From positions 1-64,000 of the forward strand of contig JALJEE010000561.1 in the NCBI GenBank assembly GCA_023231475.1: DNA of 64,000 nucleotides, written 5' to 3'. The number at the start of each line of letters is the position of its first letter. Within the stretch, counting starts at the first letter, position 1. Positions 41,093 to 52,813 of this stretch are shown here, piece after piece. Both the position numbers and the translations under genes were made by a program. The DNA is from Seison nebaliae (taxonomy: Eukaryota). The notes below the pieces were generated by a model that saw only the letters and a list, made by a program, of their open reading frames with translations, made no database searches and was not told where the DNA came from.

Positions 41093-42449
41093 GCAGCAAC
41101 AACAACAGCGACAAATGTTATCACAATTGCAACACTATAAGAAATTTCAATCTCAATTCACTTCATTTCCATCCATTACATCCACCACAATTCCATCATT
41201 AACATCAACGATCTCATCAACATCATTGAATGATATGGATTATAATCAATTGAATTTATCATCAATATCTAATCACTATCCATCATCTCAACAACAACAA
41301 CAACAACAACAATTATCATCTAATTTGACAACGATGTCAATGAACAATTATTATTATCCAACGATGAACACATCGACCAATTCTCATAAGATGTCCAATA
41401 CTGTTATACGTGGAACTAATTCCACAATTTCTTCATCTCATCCTTCATCTGTTGGTAGATCATCGATATTACTCTCACCAACCGCTTCTTTAACAACAGT
41501 CACCACATCCCATACCAATAAGTCTATCAACTCATCAACATCTTTCCAATACAACAGTTCCACCTCAGCAACTTCCTTATTGTCATCAGTCACCTCATCA
41601 TCATCCGTTCTCACTACACCCATACCATCAGTTCCACTTCCTAGCAACGCTGCTACAATTAACGGAACGACGACTTTAGGTCAATTGTATTTGAGTGGAA
41701 ATGACATGAATGAAATGAAACAAAATGATTATAAACTATTGAAATCGACTCCAATTTATCCTCCCTCATTACCACAACAACATCGATTAGCTGAATTACA
41801 TTATTCACCGTTGCCTCTCAACACTCCATCCCATCATAATACTCAACAACAACAACAACAACAACAACAAAATTTATTGTTCAAACAACAACATCACATT
41901 CCTAACATGTTCCAGAAAGGTAGTGATATTTGGCAAACACAATCTACATCACTCCAATTAGCATCACTTACAAATAATTTATCCAATAACAATCACAACA
42001 ATAACCACACAAATTTCCCATTACCATCAACAATAAATCAATATAATAAGAATGATTTATATCAATTGACATCATCAAATAATCTCAATTCCTCTTTATC
42101 TAATCCACTCACATCATCATATTTCAACGATAATGGAGACATCTATTCTCAACTACTTTCCTCAAAAGATATCTACACTACACTTGATCAGATTCCTAAT
42201 CAATTATTCAACCCAGTTCCATCCCATTCAATGGCGAACGTTGCCCATCATTCTGCAGCCACCATCACATCCTCCTCCTCATTCCTCTACAAATCGTCCG
42301 CCATGAACTTCGATTTCCATCCAAACGAGCCCACCATTCATTCTCGTCGTCATCAATTAAATCAGAAATTCTCCTTTCTCAACAACTCAAATAATACAAC
42401 TAATGGATTTCCTCGACATAACGATCATTTATCTTATCTTCATCTTTGA
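30715..42449 (+). CDS. Large coiled-coil protein with N/Q/S-rich low-complexity C-terminus (~2,450 aa), family not recognised
   Basis: Phase-compatible exons: 30715-31518, optional 32671-32763, optional 35494-35505, 35638-35740, 35795-38250, 38475-38816 and 38868-42449. About 950 aa of E/K/Q/L-rich heptad sequence, then poly-N and poly-Q tracts. Linking the 30715 exon to the rest is inferred from phase only. Confidence 0.7.
34576..34628. repeat. Imperfect (CA)n microsatellite
   Basis: Direct reading. A similar tract lies at ~42707-42741. Confidence 0.8.
39486..39551 (+). repeat. Perfect (AAT)22 coding microsatellite (poly-Asn)
   Basis: Uninterrupted AAT run, in frame within the 38868-42449 exon. 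Confidence 0.9.
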
Positions 42450-42847
42450 ATCAATTCCAACACCACTACCACCACCACCACCATCACTACCAAAAACAAC
42501 AACAATAAACAGTCCTAGTTACACAATTTCCTGAATTTTCTCATTCATTTTCTAGTCATTTTTCACGTTTTTTAATTTTATATCTTTAGCTATTTTTTAT
42601 TCTTTTCAACATTTTATTCTCCACTTCTCGTTGTCCTTCTTTGACATCGATTTCCTTCTTTCTTTTCTTCACCGAAAAACTTTCTACTCAGAACAATCTT
42701 TCTCCAACACACACACACAAACACATACACACACACACACAATTTTTCGTTATTTTTGTGCAGTTTAACTTAAAATTTATCCATTACAAAATCATTGTAA
42801 ATTCTAATAGTCAATTCTAAATGAAAATTTTTGATAAAAACAAATAT

Positions 42848-43490
42848 TTAAATCAGGATAAATTTCATATAATTCTCCTCACTGATCAATTCCAAATATC
42901 TCAACGTTCTCAACAATTGATTTCGAGTACATCCAACAAACTTGTGTTGGAGGAAAGTGGGTAGTCCGCCCACTTCGTTCCTCATCGTATAAATTGGCGG
43001 GAAGATGAGACCGCAAACTTCCGTCCCGAAATCTTTCGCTTTCATCGATTTCTCCACCAATTCTCTCATATCCTCCTCACTGATCTCTTTCACAAACAAA
43101 TGGAGAATTAGTGAATTATTTAGATCCAGTAACGATTCGAAATGATCCTTCTTCTCCACAAACAATTCCTCTTTCAAATTGATTTCTTCTTTACATTCCC
43201 GATTCACTCCATCAATCACCAATTCCTTCTCGTCAATGAATCCACCGGTAAAGCCCAACGTTCCGTCGAACCTCAATTGCATCTTCCCAAAACCATTAAA
43301 TTTCCACAGAAACAAATAGACTAACTAAAATTTTCGCACGATTCTCATAAACATTAAATGTTTTCTGTTTCGTCCCACACCAGAATAGGACATGTCCTGC
43401 CACTTTGCCACCCGTAGGAAGCGGATGATTGAACGGGATCGATCGATAATTTTTCGAATTCTCCAACAAATTACTCTTATTTTTATTCAT
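42848..43490 (-). CDS. NUDT16: Nudix hydrolase NUDT16 (U8 snoRNA-decapping / IDP phosphatase family), ~199 aa, 2 exons
   Basis: Exons 43490-43326 and 43282-42848 (43-nt intron GTTAGT..GGAAG). Spliced RAKILMQLRFDGTLGFTGGFID..GVNRECKEE, KDFGTEVCGLIFPPIYTM..GGLPTFL.HKFVG..R.QLL match the NUDT16 signatures (MQMRFDGRLGFPGG; DHGLEVLGLVRVPLYTL; GGLPTFLENSFIG). Confidence 0.9.
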
Positions 43491-44073
43491 TGTCAAAATA
43501 ACGATGATAAGAGAAAATGAGAGGACATTGATGAATATATAACTTTTATTTCTCAAATAACAACAAAAAGAAATTCGAAAGAGACACGTATACAACAAAT
43601 TAGAATTTGAATAAGGATAAAATTATTTGTATGAAAAAAAGGAAAACATTTTCTTCATTAAATTAAATTTAATTTAATATTTACTACAACCAACCACAGT
43701 TGTTTTTCGATAAACTTTTACTTAATCCATTAATGATTATGATACATAATAAATTAGATTGCTTCTCACCAAATGTTTCTCATAAATTTTCTTTTCGAAA
43801 CAGCTACAGATTGAAGAAAATTAAATTGAAGATTTTTAACATTATTTTCATTATCGTTTTTTATTTTCATTAAAATGTTATTGGAATTTAAAAATTGAAA
43901 TATTTTTATTTGAAATTCGAATATAGTGAATTGAAATTGGAATTGAAACTGAATTTGATTATATATTGTATGGAAATCTGAATAATTTGAATTGAAATAT
44001 TTTGAATTAAAATTGGATTTGAAATAATTTTAAACAGTTTTCAAAAACTGATTTTGAGTATGAGATTGATTGA

Positions 44074-46209
44074 TTAATATGATTTCATTCGATTAATATT
44101 GGAATCGATATTAATCCGATAGAAATCAATATTTGCCAGTTGTCCATCTCTTATGGAATGATAGATCCATCTGAATAAAAGAGGAAAAAAATAGAGAAAA
44201 AAAGAAAGAAGAAAACTGAACATAATTGAAAGAACGGGAATGTTCCATTGAATGGCTGCTTGGAATTTGACGGTAGTTTTGTCATCACAAATCAAATAAT
44301 CAGTTTTCAATAAATTCTCATCTTTCTTATTTCGAATGAGAGATCCCTGAATGATTCCTTTCAAATCACCTATTTCTTGTTCAACCACACATCGTTTCAC
44401 ATATTCCATTCCACTTAAACAAAAAACGATATTTTTGAATATATTACCACATCTCTCTCCATTCCGATCATATGAGAGATATATGGGAAAATGAAGTTGA
44501 AAAAGATAATTCTTATCTAATTTTGATTCTTCCCATCTCTCATTGCGATCATGAGAAAGAATCGGATCTTTCAATTTGTAGTTGGAGAATGAATGGAATA
44601 ATTGTCGATGACGTACACAATCGACGATCCAATCGATGGTGAAAATGAATTTATCTTGTCGTTTCTCTTTAGTGACAGCTTGTGATTTATCGACGACATT
44701 TGGAAGAATAACAATATCGGATTTTGAGAAGATTTCAACGAGTCCATCATCATTCTCGATCTTTTGTCGAATTAATGTGAGAATATTATCATAATTATTT
44801 CCGTTATCAATTTGAAAATTTTCGAATTTGGGATCAATGGTGAAAGTTAAAGAATCGAATATTTTCGGTGAAATGATCAACATCCTCCGACTCACTAAAA
44901 GAGAATTGAGACATTTGACCGTTTCTTTCATTTTCTCTCTCGAATTCTCCTCATTGTTTTGACTGTTTGACAAATAATTTGCCAATAATTTATCTTTCAC
45001 TAAATTCTTCGATTGATTCTTTTCCGATTTCTTTTTTGGTATAGTCGTAGTCTGTGTTTGAGGTAGATGAGTAGAAGAAATATGTTGAAATGATAAATTT
45101 TGATTGGATTTTAATAATAAATTAAAATCATTTTTTTTCATTCCAGAAATATTGTGATCCATTTCTACATTCGATTCATTAGTATTCTCATTTCCGTCAA
45201 CGGATAAAAAGTTATTTGTGAGATTACTGTTACTATTGTCACTATCAAATGATGAGAAAGTAGTTCGAATCAATCGATTTCCCAATTTCAGTTGACGACT
45301 AATGAGAAAGTTATCCTCCTCAACAAATCGATCTTTTAAACGACATTCTTCCAACCATTCGATGGTAATTATAGGTATCTTCCATGACATGGCTGCTTCA
45401 TATTTTCCTCCATATGTTGCCATGGTTACAAGATGAGTATTTTGATTACGGATTAATCCACCAGAAAACTTCCCACCTAAACTCACAATCAATTCCTTCA
45501 ATCGATTTGTTGTTGAAAGAGAAAATTGACTGATGGAAATGACGAGACCATGTAATGGTGGACATTTATGTTTTTTCTGTATCTCACTCAGATTTACATC
45601 GTTCGAAATGGATCGACGGTAGATGTCATCGATCATATGCTTCAAAATCAATTTGGGTTTGTTTTTCAAACGAACTGCACTCCGATATTTCTGACTGGCC
45701 ACCTGACCAACGATTAAATGAGTCACATCTTCCGTCAACGGTCTCGATACGATTCCGCCCAATATCATAATTTTCTCATATAATTTATTTCGCTCCTCCG
45801 CGTCAATATTCGTTATACAAATAATACAATTCTTCAGAACGTATGAATAAAGCGGGAAATTGGTGTAAGGAAACGGTTCATCTTTCTTCATAAAATCGAT
45901 TAGAATTTTCGATCCATAAATTCGACATTTCAACTTCTTCAAATGTTCATACACTTTCGTTCCGAACGGTTCCATGACAAACATAAAATTACCTCTACTC
46001 GTCACTGTCCAACAATCATTTTCGCTAATATATTCGACGTTAATGCCGAAAGTTGATTGAAAAATTTCATAAATTTCTTGTAATTGCTCTTTCTGTCTCT
46101 CACTTATCATACGGAGAACATTATCGTCAAACACAATACGGACATAAGGATAATAAACACTCTCGTCTCGAGAAGGAGTCATCCCGAAGTCAACCTCATC
46201 TCCATCCAT
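44074..46209 (-). CDS. TOPBP1: TopBP1/Rad4/Dpb11-family multi-BRCT scaffold, ~694 aa after removing one in-frame intron
   Basis: BRCT0 (MEPFGTKVYEHLKKLKCRIYG), BRCT1 (ICITNIDAEERNKL..LGGIVSRPLTEDVTHLIVGQVASQKY), BRCT2 (CPPLHGLVISIS..GGKFSGGL..NTHLV..GKYEAAMSW..EWL), BRCT4-like (TIDWIVDC..QLF) and BRCT5-like (TDYLIC..KFQAAIQWNIPVLSII|W). The 51-nt intron 44171-44221 (GTTCAG..TTCAG) removes the anomalous Phe/Leu run. Confidence 0.88.
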   Translation of the reverse strand: MDGDEVDFGMTPSRDESVYYPYVRIVFDDNVLRMISERQKEQLQEIYEIFQSTFGINVEYISENDCWTVTSRGNFMFVMEPFGTKVYEHLKKLKCRIYGSKILIDFMKKDEPFPYTNFPLYSYVLKNCIICITNIDAEERNKLYEKIMILGGIVSRPLTEDVTHLIVGQVASQKYRSAVRLKNKPKLILKHMIDDIYRRSISNDVNLSEIQKKHKCPPLHGLVISISQFSLSTTNRLKELIVSLGGKFSGGLIRNQNTHLVTMATYGGKYEAAMSWKIPIITIEWLEECRLKDRFVEEDNFLISRQLKLGNRLIRTTFSSFDSDNSNSNLTNNFLSVDGNENTNESNVEMDHNISGMKKNDFNLLLKSNQNLSFQHISSTHLPQTQTTTIPKKKSEKNQSKNLVKDKLLANYLSNSQNNEENSREKMKETVKCLNSLLVSRRMLIISPKIFDSLTFTIDPKFENFQIDNGNNYDNILTLIRQKIENDDGLVEIFSKSDIVILPNVVDKSQAVTKEKRQDKFIFTIDWIVDCVRHRQLFHSFSNYKLKDPILSHDRNERWEESKLDKNYLFQLHFPIYLSYDRNGERCGNIFKNIVFCLSGMEYVKRCVVEQEIGDLKGIIQGSLIRNKKDENLLKTDYLICDDKTTVKFQAAIQWNIPVLSIMFSFLLSFFLYFFPLLFRWIYHSIRDGQLANIDFYRINIDSNINRMKSY

Positions 46210-47713
46210 TCACTCTGGAAATAGGATGAATGAAACAAATGAAACTTTCACAAATGATGAAGTTTGTTGAGCTTCCTTTTTTGAACGATTGGAAAATGAA
46301 TTTGTCATTTTACATCTAATTTCTTTTATTTAATTATTTATTTAGTTATTTATTAGACTATTGTATAAGTTAAACGAATGTTGATGGTAATTTAAATTTG
46401 AAAAAATATTGAAGTTTTTCAGCAATTGAAAAGGAATGAATAGGCTTAGAATTTAAATTTGTTATAATTGTTTTTAAAAAAAATTAATCAAAAAAAAAAT
46501 TTTAATTTATTTACATAAAGATATATTTTATGAAGATTTATGTGTGTAGGGAGGGATGATAATGGAAAGCTTATAATTTGAGTTTATGAAAGTTAATTCA
46601 TACGTATAAATTAATAATACGTTCATTGGGGGGAATATATGATGTCCACAGCGACTATATCCATGACATTCTCATTTGCACGCTATACAAAATATTTAGT
46701 TGCCATGTATCCTGTTTGAGAAAAGGAGGAAAGAAGGATTTAACTCTGCGTACTCGAATGTAATGAAATAATGTTATTGTTTATTTTGTCTGCTTTGTCC
46801 AGTTGAGCTCCGCCGAACAACCTCCGCAGAGAGATAAATGAAAAACAGAGACGGATTAGATGATATAACAGGATGGAGAGTAAAAGGTTTTTTCAATGAG
46901 AATTTTTCTGAAATATTCAACTGATAATCTAGATATTTAGAAAGAAATATTTGGTTTTGTCGGGGGAGACGGCATTAGTATTAGAGATGAACATATTAAT
47001 TTCTTATGTAGATATTGAGAATTATATAAATTTCAATTGTTCATATGACGAATGGTTGAGAATGGGGGTGGTGTGGACGATTCTTGTTCTATGTAATAGT
47101 GCAGATGGGAGATGGCTTTTCCTCCCTTATTATCATGGCAACAGTCGATGTTGTTGTTGTTCAAATGTCACATATATAACACATTTGCATGTACATACGC
47201 ACCACTTATTTATCTATGAATATATGGTATACACTACGAATTTGCAACAATTGTAATAAGAATCTTTTTCTTCATTCACTTTTTCTCTCTTAACAACCAA
47301 ATTTTTGTTTTCGTTATCGTCTTCGTAACCGAATTCCCTTTTCTTATCATCGTCTGCATTCGATTACTATCATCTTGTCATCATTTCAATCGTCCAACTA
47401 CATTGTACATACACATACACACATAAACAATCCGATGGGACTAATCGCTCTTCTCATACATGCAGTCTTGTTCTTCTTCTCTTTCTCTCTCTCTCTCTCT
47501 CTCTGTTTCTCTCTCCTTCTTTCTATTCCTCCTCATCCCACCTTGCACTCATTACACTATTCATTAAGTAGCAAGATAGGGCAAGAAGATGATTAGTGAA
47601 TAAGCATTCCTCTTCCACAGACAAATAATATGAAGTTCTCATTTAATGCGAGATAAGATGGAAAACGAATAAATGAAGTTCTCCTTTATTGTCCATTAGA
47701 GAAAGAGACGAAT

Positions 47714-47914
47714 GTTGTCATAGTTATCAAGAGATGTAGCTAAGGTAAACGAACAGTTTCCATAGCAACGACTATAAACAAAACATTGGAGAAATCGCAT
47801 CAATGCTATTGGTACATTCTCCCTATTTTCGTTTCATAGAAACATCGTCATTTGTACTTTTTCATTCCACATTCTTCCTCACAATGTTCTTATGGTGATA
47901 GTCGCTACGGCAAT
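47714..47914. promoter_or_regulatory. Cluster of RFX-binding X-box motifs
   Basis: Consensus match GTTTCCATAGCAAC (47756-47769). Near matches GTTGTCATAGTTAT (47714), GTAGCTAAGGTAAAC (47736), GTTTCATAGAAAC (47831), GTTCTTATGGTGAT (47886) and GTCGCTACGGCAAT (47901). The cluster lies ~1.1 kb upstream of the RFX start codon. Confidence 0.65.
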
Positions 47915-48939
47915 CAAAAGGGCGAGTTATGATCGAATTAATTGTCATTGGAAATGAGAGTAATCCGACGTCGATGATTTTCATTATGACTATTATTCTT
48001 AATCATCAAATTAATTATCATCATATGATGACAATTCCACTTACATAATGCCATTTTCATTACGAATTCTCTCATTGTACAAGGAAAAATTTAACGAAAT
48101 TAATGTAATTCATATTTCAGCTCAACTCATAATTTCTCAACGAAATTTTAAAAAAAAATAAAACTTTTCGAAATAATTCCAAAATAATTCGTGTCTGATG
48201 GAAATATTATATTCGATGATAAGATAGATATTACTTGTTGAATTTAGAAGATCTTGTCGTTATTTGTTGTGGACTCGTAGGAAGGAAAGAAGAATATGAT
48301 GATGATGAATAATTTCGTTGGAGATGAGAATGATGATGAAGTTTTATGGAATGAGAAAAAATGAAAAGAATTTTTCTGTTGGCCGTCAAAAGTATTATGG
48401 AGGGGGAAGGGAGCATAATATAAAAGAATAATAATATTTCTTCATCACCACCGTCGCCGCCACCATCATCATTCGTCAAACAATTTGCCCTATAGATTTC
48501 CATATCAGCATGGAGTATTAGTATACGGGGAGATGTGTATATATGCGTAAGTAAGTAACTGTCTCTATGTATCTATCCCCTCTCCCTCTCTCCTTTTCAC
48601 CATGACATCCGATGTTTAAACGGTTGTCAGGTCGCTGCATTTGCAGTCGAGGAAACGTATGTATCTCCCATGTATTGTCACCATAACGCTGATACCATTA
48701 GCAACATAATAATTAATTGTCATCAATTAATGAATTGAATTAAAATTAAAAATTTTAATTGATTGATTGATTGATTGATTGATCGATCAAATCGATCATT
48801 GATTAAGTCAATCAATATTGATTTCTATTTTTGTTGATATATTGTTTAATAGAAATTTTTAATTGGTTCAATCTTGATCCGTGGTGTCAGGAGGAAGATT
48901 TAGTTGAGAAGATAAATCGAATTGAGAACGACAAGTCAA

Positions 48940-49979
48940 ATGATAATGGCAAATGGACAAGGCTCATCGGGGCCACCTCCGATTAATTATCATTTGGAAT
49001 ATGTGAAAAAAGAAGGAAATATGATTGGCAGTTCATCTTCTCAAAACAACAACAACAACAACAACAACAACAGCAATAATTTGATGAATTTGCAGAATTC
49101 TCATAATAATAATAATGGTGGATCGTCGATGTACAAATATTGTATGAATGACAGATCACAAACAACTGGAATGAGTAATAGTCATGCTAACGATATTTTT
49201 CATGATGCATCGAACAAAAATGAAATAGAAATTCGTCAGGAATATCCCACGACTCAACCCGTCAAAAATTCACCAGCTGCTGTTTTTATTTTTTCTTCTG
49301 TTTTTCTTTTGGATGATTTCTCTTTCATTCTTCCCTCTTTCTCGTGTTTCTGTAGACGGCTTGGTTAATTGAGAATTTCGAACCATGTGACGGTTCCAGT
49401 GTGAAGCGAGCGGAAATTTATTATAATTATTGTCAGTATTGTGAAGAGATGAGTGTGAGTAAAGTGAATGCAGCATCGTTCGGTAAACTGATACGAGCCG
49501 TATTCGTCGGATTGAAGACACGTCGATTAGGGACGAGAGGAAATTCAAAATATCATTATTATGGTATACGAATTAAACCTGGTTCGGCCTTGAATCGACA
49601 ATCAGGAAATTATCCAAACCATCACTCTCATCATCATCATCATCATCATCATCACATGAAAACGAAATTGGAATATATGAGAGCGTCAGATTATAATATT
49701 GGAGGAAATGATTATCAATGTATGACGACGAACAGTAATACGAACAACAACAACAACAACAGTAATGAGAATAATGAGAATCATTCATCGAATGGAAATA
49801 GATCATGTGAAAATGATTATGGTTTGAGCATGTACACGAATAACAACTCTTCTCAACAACATTTACGACAACATACAAATAACAGTAATACGAATAACAA
49901 TAACAACAATCAAATTTTTGATAGTCAGATGTCCGACAATATTTCGACATCAGCTGTCGATGGAAATCAATTGGATTCA

Positions 49980-50010
<31 letters not shown>

Positions 50011-52058
50011 TATCGATGATTTCACATCCATCTAACGGTAACAATACCAATAATATTGGCGTATCATCATCATCAACATTAATTTTATCATCTGTTTCTT
50101 CTCTTACATCAACGACGAAAACTACCATCATCTCCAACAACAACAACACTAATAACAACAACAGTAATTGTTTGAATTATAATTCTCATTCTGATCATAT
50201 CTCATCTCCAACTCCTACGCAACAACAACAACAATTGAATAATCATCAATCACAATATAATAATCATGGAAATGAGACAGGAGGAACGCCACAATCGAAT
50301 ATGTTTCCGATGTCATCATCAGCTCATCATCAACAATCAAATCAGTATGGTGATGAAACGAATTTGCATATACAAGATCATTCATGTCTTGATCATCATC
50401 CAATGACGATTAATGATCCAACGGATCCTAGCAGTTATCTACCTGATTTTGGACATGTCGATCTCACTGATTCCACTTTACCTGATGGTTGTACACTTAC
50501 TCATTTGAACACGTTCGAGAAGTTGTATCGAGAACATTGCGAACAATTGGCGGAGACGATCGTCCAAACGAAATTAGATGAAGTAAATAATATTTGGAAT
50601 GTTTTTTGGCATTCACCTAAAGCTGATCGGACAGCTGTAGAAAATTCGATGAAAACAGGATTATCTACTCTCACTCTTTACGCTCTCTGTGAAATGAATG
50701 CCGTAAGAAATTATATTCTAAAATGTGATTACGTCTTCTATCAGGCTGTGGTAGAAATACTCATTCCTGATGTGGCATCCGCTCTCCAAAACGATCTGAT
50801 GCCACGAATACGATTATTCGCTAAACAATTGGAACCGTCACTTCGTAGTGCATTGGACTTAGCACCGGAGAAATTTAAACAAGCAAAATTGAATGCAGTG
50901 AATGCATTCGCTCTCACATTACGACGATATACGGCACTCAATCATATGGCCCAAGCATCGGGTAGTGTCCTCTACAACTCGTCACAAGTCAATCAGATGA
51001 TGACGGATCTGTCGAAAGTGGAATTCAAACATATTCAGGTTTTCTTTTTTATTAAAATTTTCTTATTTAAATTTCAATATTGTTATGATAGGAACAAGCG
51101 GTATGGAGTACAGGATGTTCGGATCAGATTGTTCACAAAATCGAGAAATCGTTCAAGACGAAACTTCAAGGACATACGAACATTCAAGGCTGGATTGAAT
51201 GGATCGATGAAGTCATTGAATTGGTGTGTGCAAATGTTTTGCACGATGTCAAATTGTTTGAAGATCGTGCATGTAGTTTACCGATGCATTGGGCTTGTTA
51301 CTGGAATCTGGTGATAAGAGACTTGACATTAAGAGGAGCGAGATCATTTGGTAGTTTCCATCTTATTGGTCTACTCTTCAGCGAATGTGTATATTATGTG
51401 GTGGAGAGGAAGATTGCTCGAATGAAGAATTTACCACCAATAGCTGTAGTAGCTGAACGGAATGGAGAATGGAGATTGAATGCTAATAAAGAAATTTCTT
51501 CTGATACTCTTTGTCATCCTAACTCCCATTCACACTCACAACAACAACAACAACAACATCGTTATCTTCATTCACAAAATTCCCAAAGTCAACATTCTTC
51601 AATTCATTTACATTCTCTCCATCTCCCACTACAACAGGTACATAATAATAATAATAATAATAATAATAATCATGCACAACAACAACCACCACAACCATTA
51701 GCCCAACAACAGCAACAACATTTACATCATTTACATTCACCACCAATCTCTCAACAACAATCACATCTCCATCATTCACAACAACAACAACAACAATGTC
51801 ATCAAAATATCTATTCATCTGATCGTCATCACCAACAACCAACACAACAACAACAACAACCACCTCAACAACAATCTCAAAATAATAACAGAAATCAAAC
51901 CATCACCATTCAACAATTGAGTTCCACTCAACAACAACAACAACAACAGCAACATCACGATATGTATCCTCCACATTCTCTCCAAATCACAACGACTCAA
52001 TATACACCGGTTTCAAGAAAACCATATTTACAACATATAACAATCTCATCAAATCATC

Positions 52059-52096
<38 letters not shown>

Positions 52097-52813
52097 ATAC
52101 ATCGTCAACAACATCCGAATACACATTGGAATAATAATCCTGTACAACATTCTGAATGGAAATCACCAAATACAACAAACAACAACAACAATAACAACAA
52201 CAGAAGTATTAGTAATACGAGATGTGATACATTGACCATTCGTCAATTGCATCATACTGGAACGAATGAATTGTTGATAACAACTAAAAACGATTCGATG
52301 TCGATGCGGAATAACGACAGGAATTCCATAAATAGTTCCACGTCTAATCTTCAAACTGATTCTCCTCTAACTGCAATGGATCTGGAGGATTTGAAGCAAG
52401 ACGATTCAGAAATTGATGATTCGCCTAATAACGATCAAGAGAATATGTCGGATTTATCATCAGGAAAAACATTAATTCCTATTACGACGATGACCATCAC
52501 AAATAAATCATCATCTCCATCAACAGGAACGATCACTTCCTATTCCATATCGACACCGATACTAAAAGAGAATGTTACTACCAATACCAGTACTTCCGTC
52601 AATACCACAGCAACCATAACCACCACCGATACTAAAATCGAACATTCCACCAATATGGAAGTGGGAAGAAGCACACGGGAAGATGAGGAGGAGGAGGAAG
52701 AAGAAGAAGAAGATGATGATGATGACGAAGAAGATGATTCACTCCTATTCAATCAGAATAAGAGAAGGAAGGTAATGAAGCCCACCGTCGTCACCATATC
52801 ATCATCATTATAA
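48940..52813 (+). CDS. RFX: RFX-family winged-helix transcription factor (RFX1/2/3, DAF-19 type), ~1,248 aa, 3 exons
   Basis: Exons 48940-49281, 49356-51038 and 51092-52813. DNA-binding domain NSPAA|TAWLIENFE..VNAASFGKLIRAVFVGLKTRRLGTRGNSKYHYYGIRIK. B/C/dimerisation regions YREHCE, IRLFAKQLE, LRRYTALNHMAQA, IQ|EQAVW, VIRDLTLRGARSFGSFHLIGLL. Confidence 0.95.

Noticed and set aside
48757..48822. (GATT)n followed by (AATC)n inverted microsatellite upstream of RFX
   Set aside because: A simple-sequence repeat. The hairpin potential is expected from composition and there is no evidence of function.
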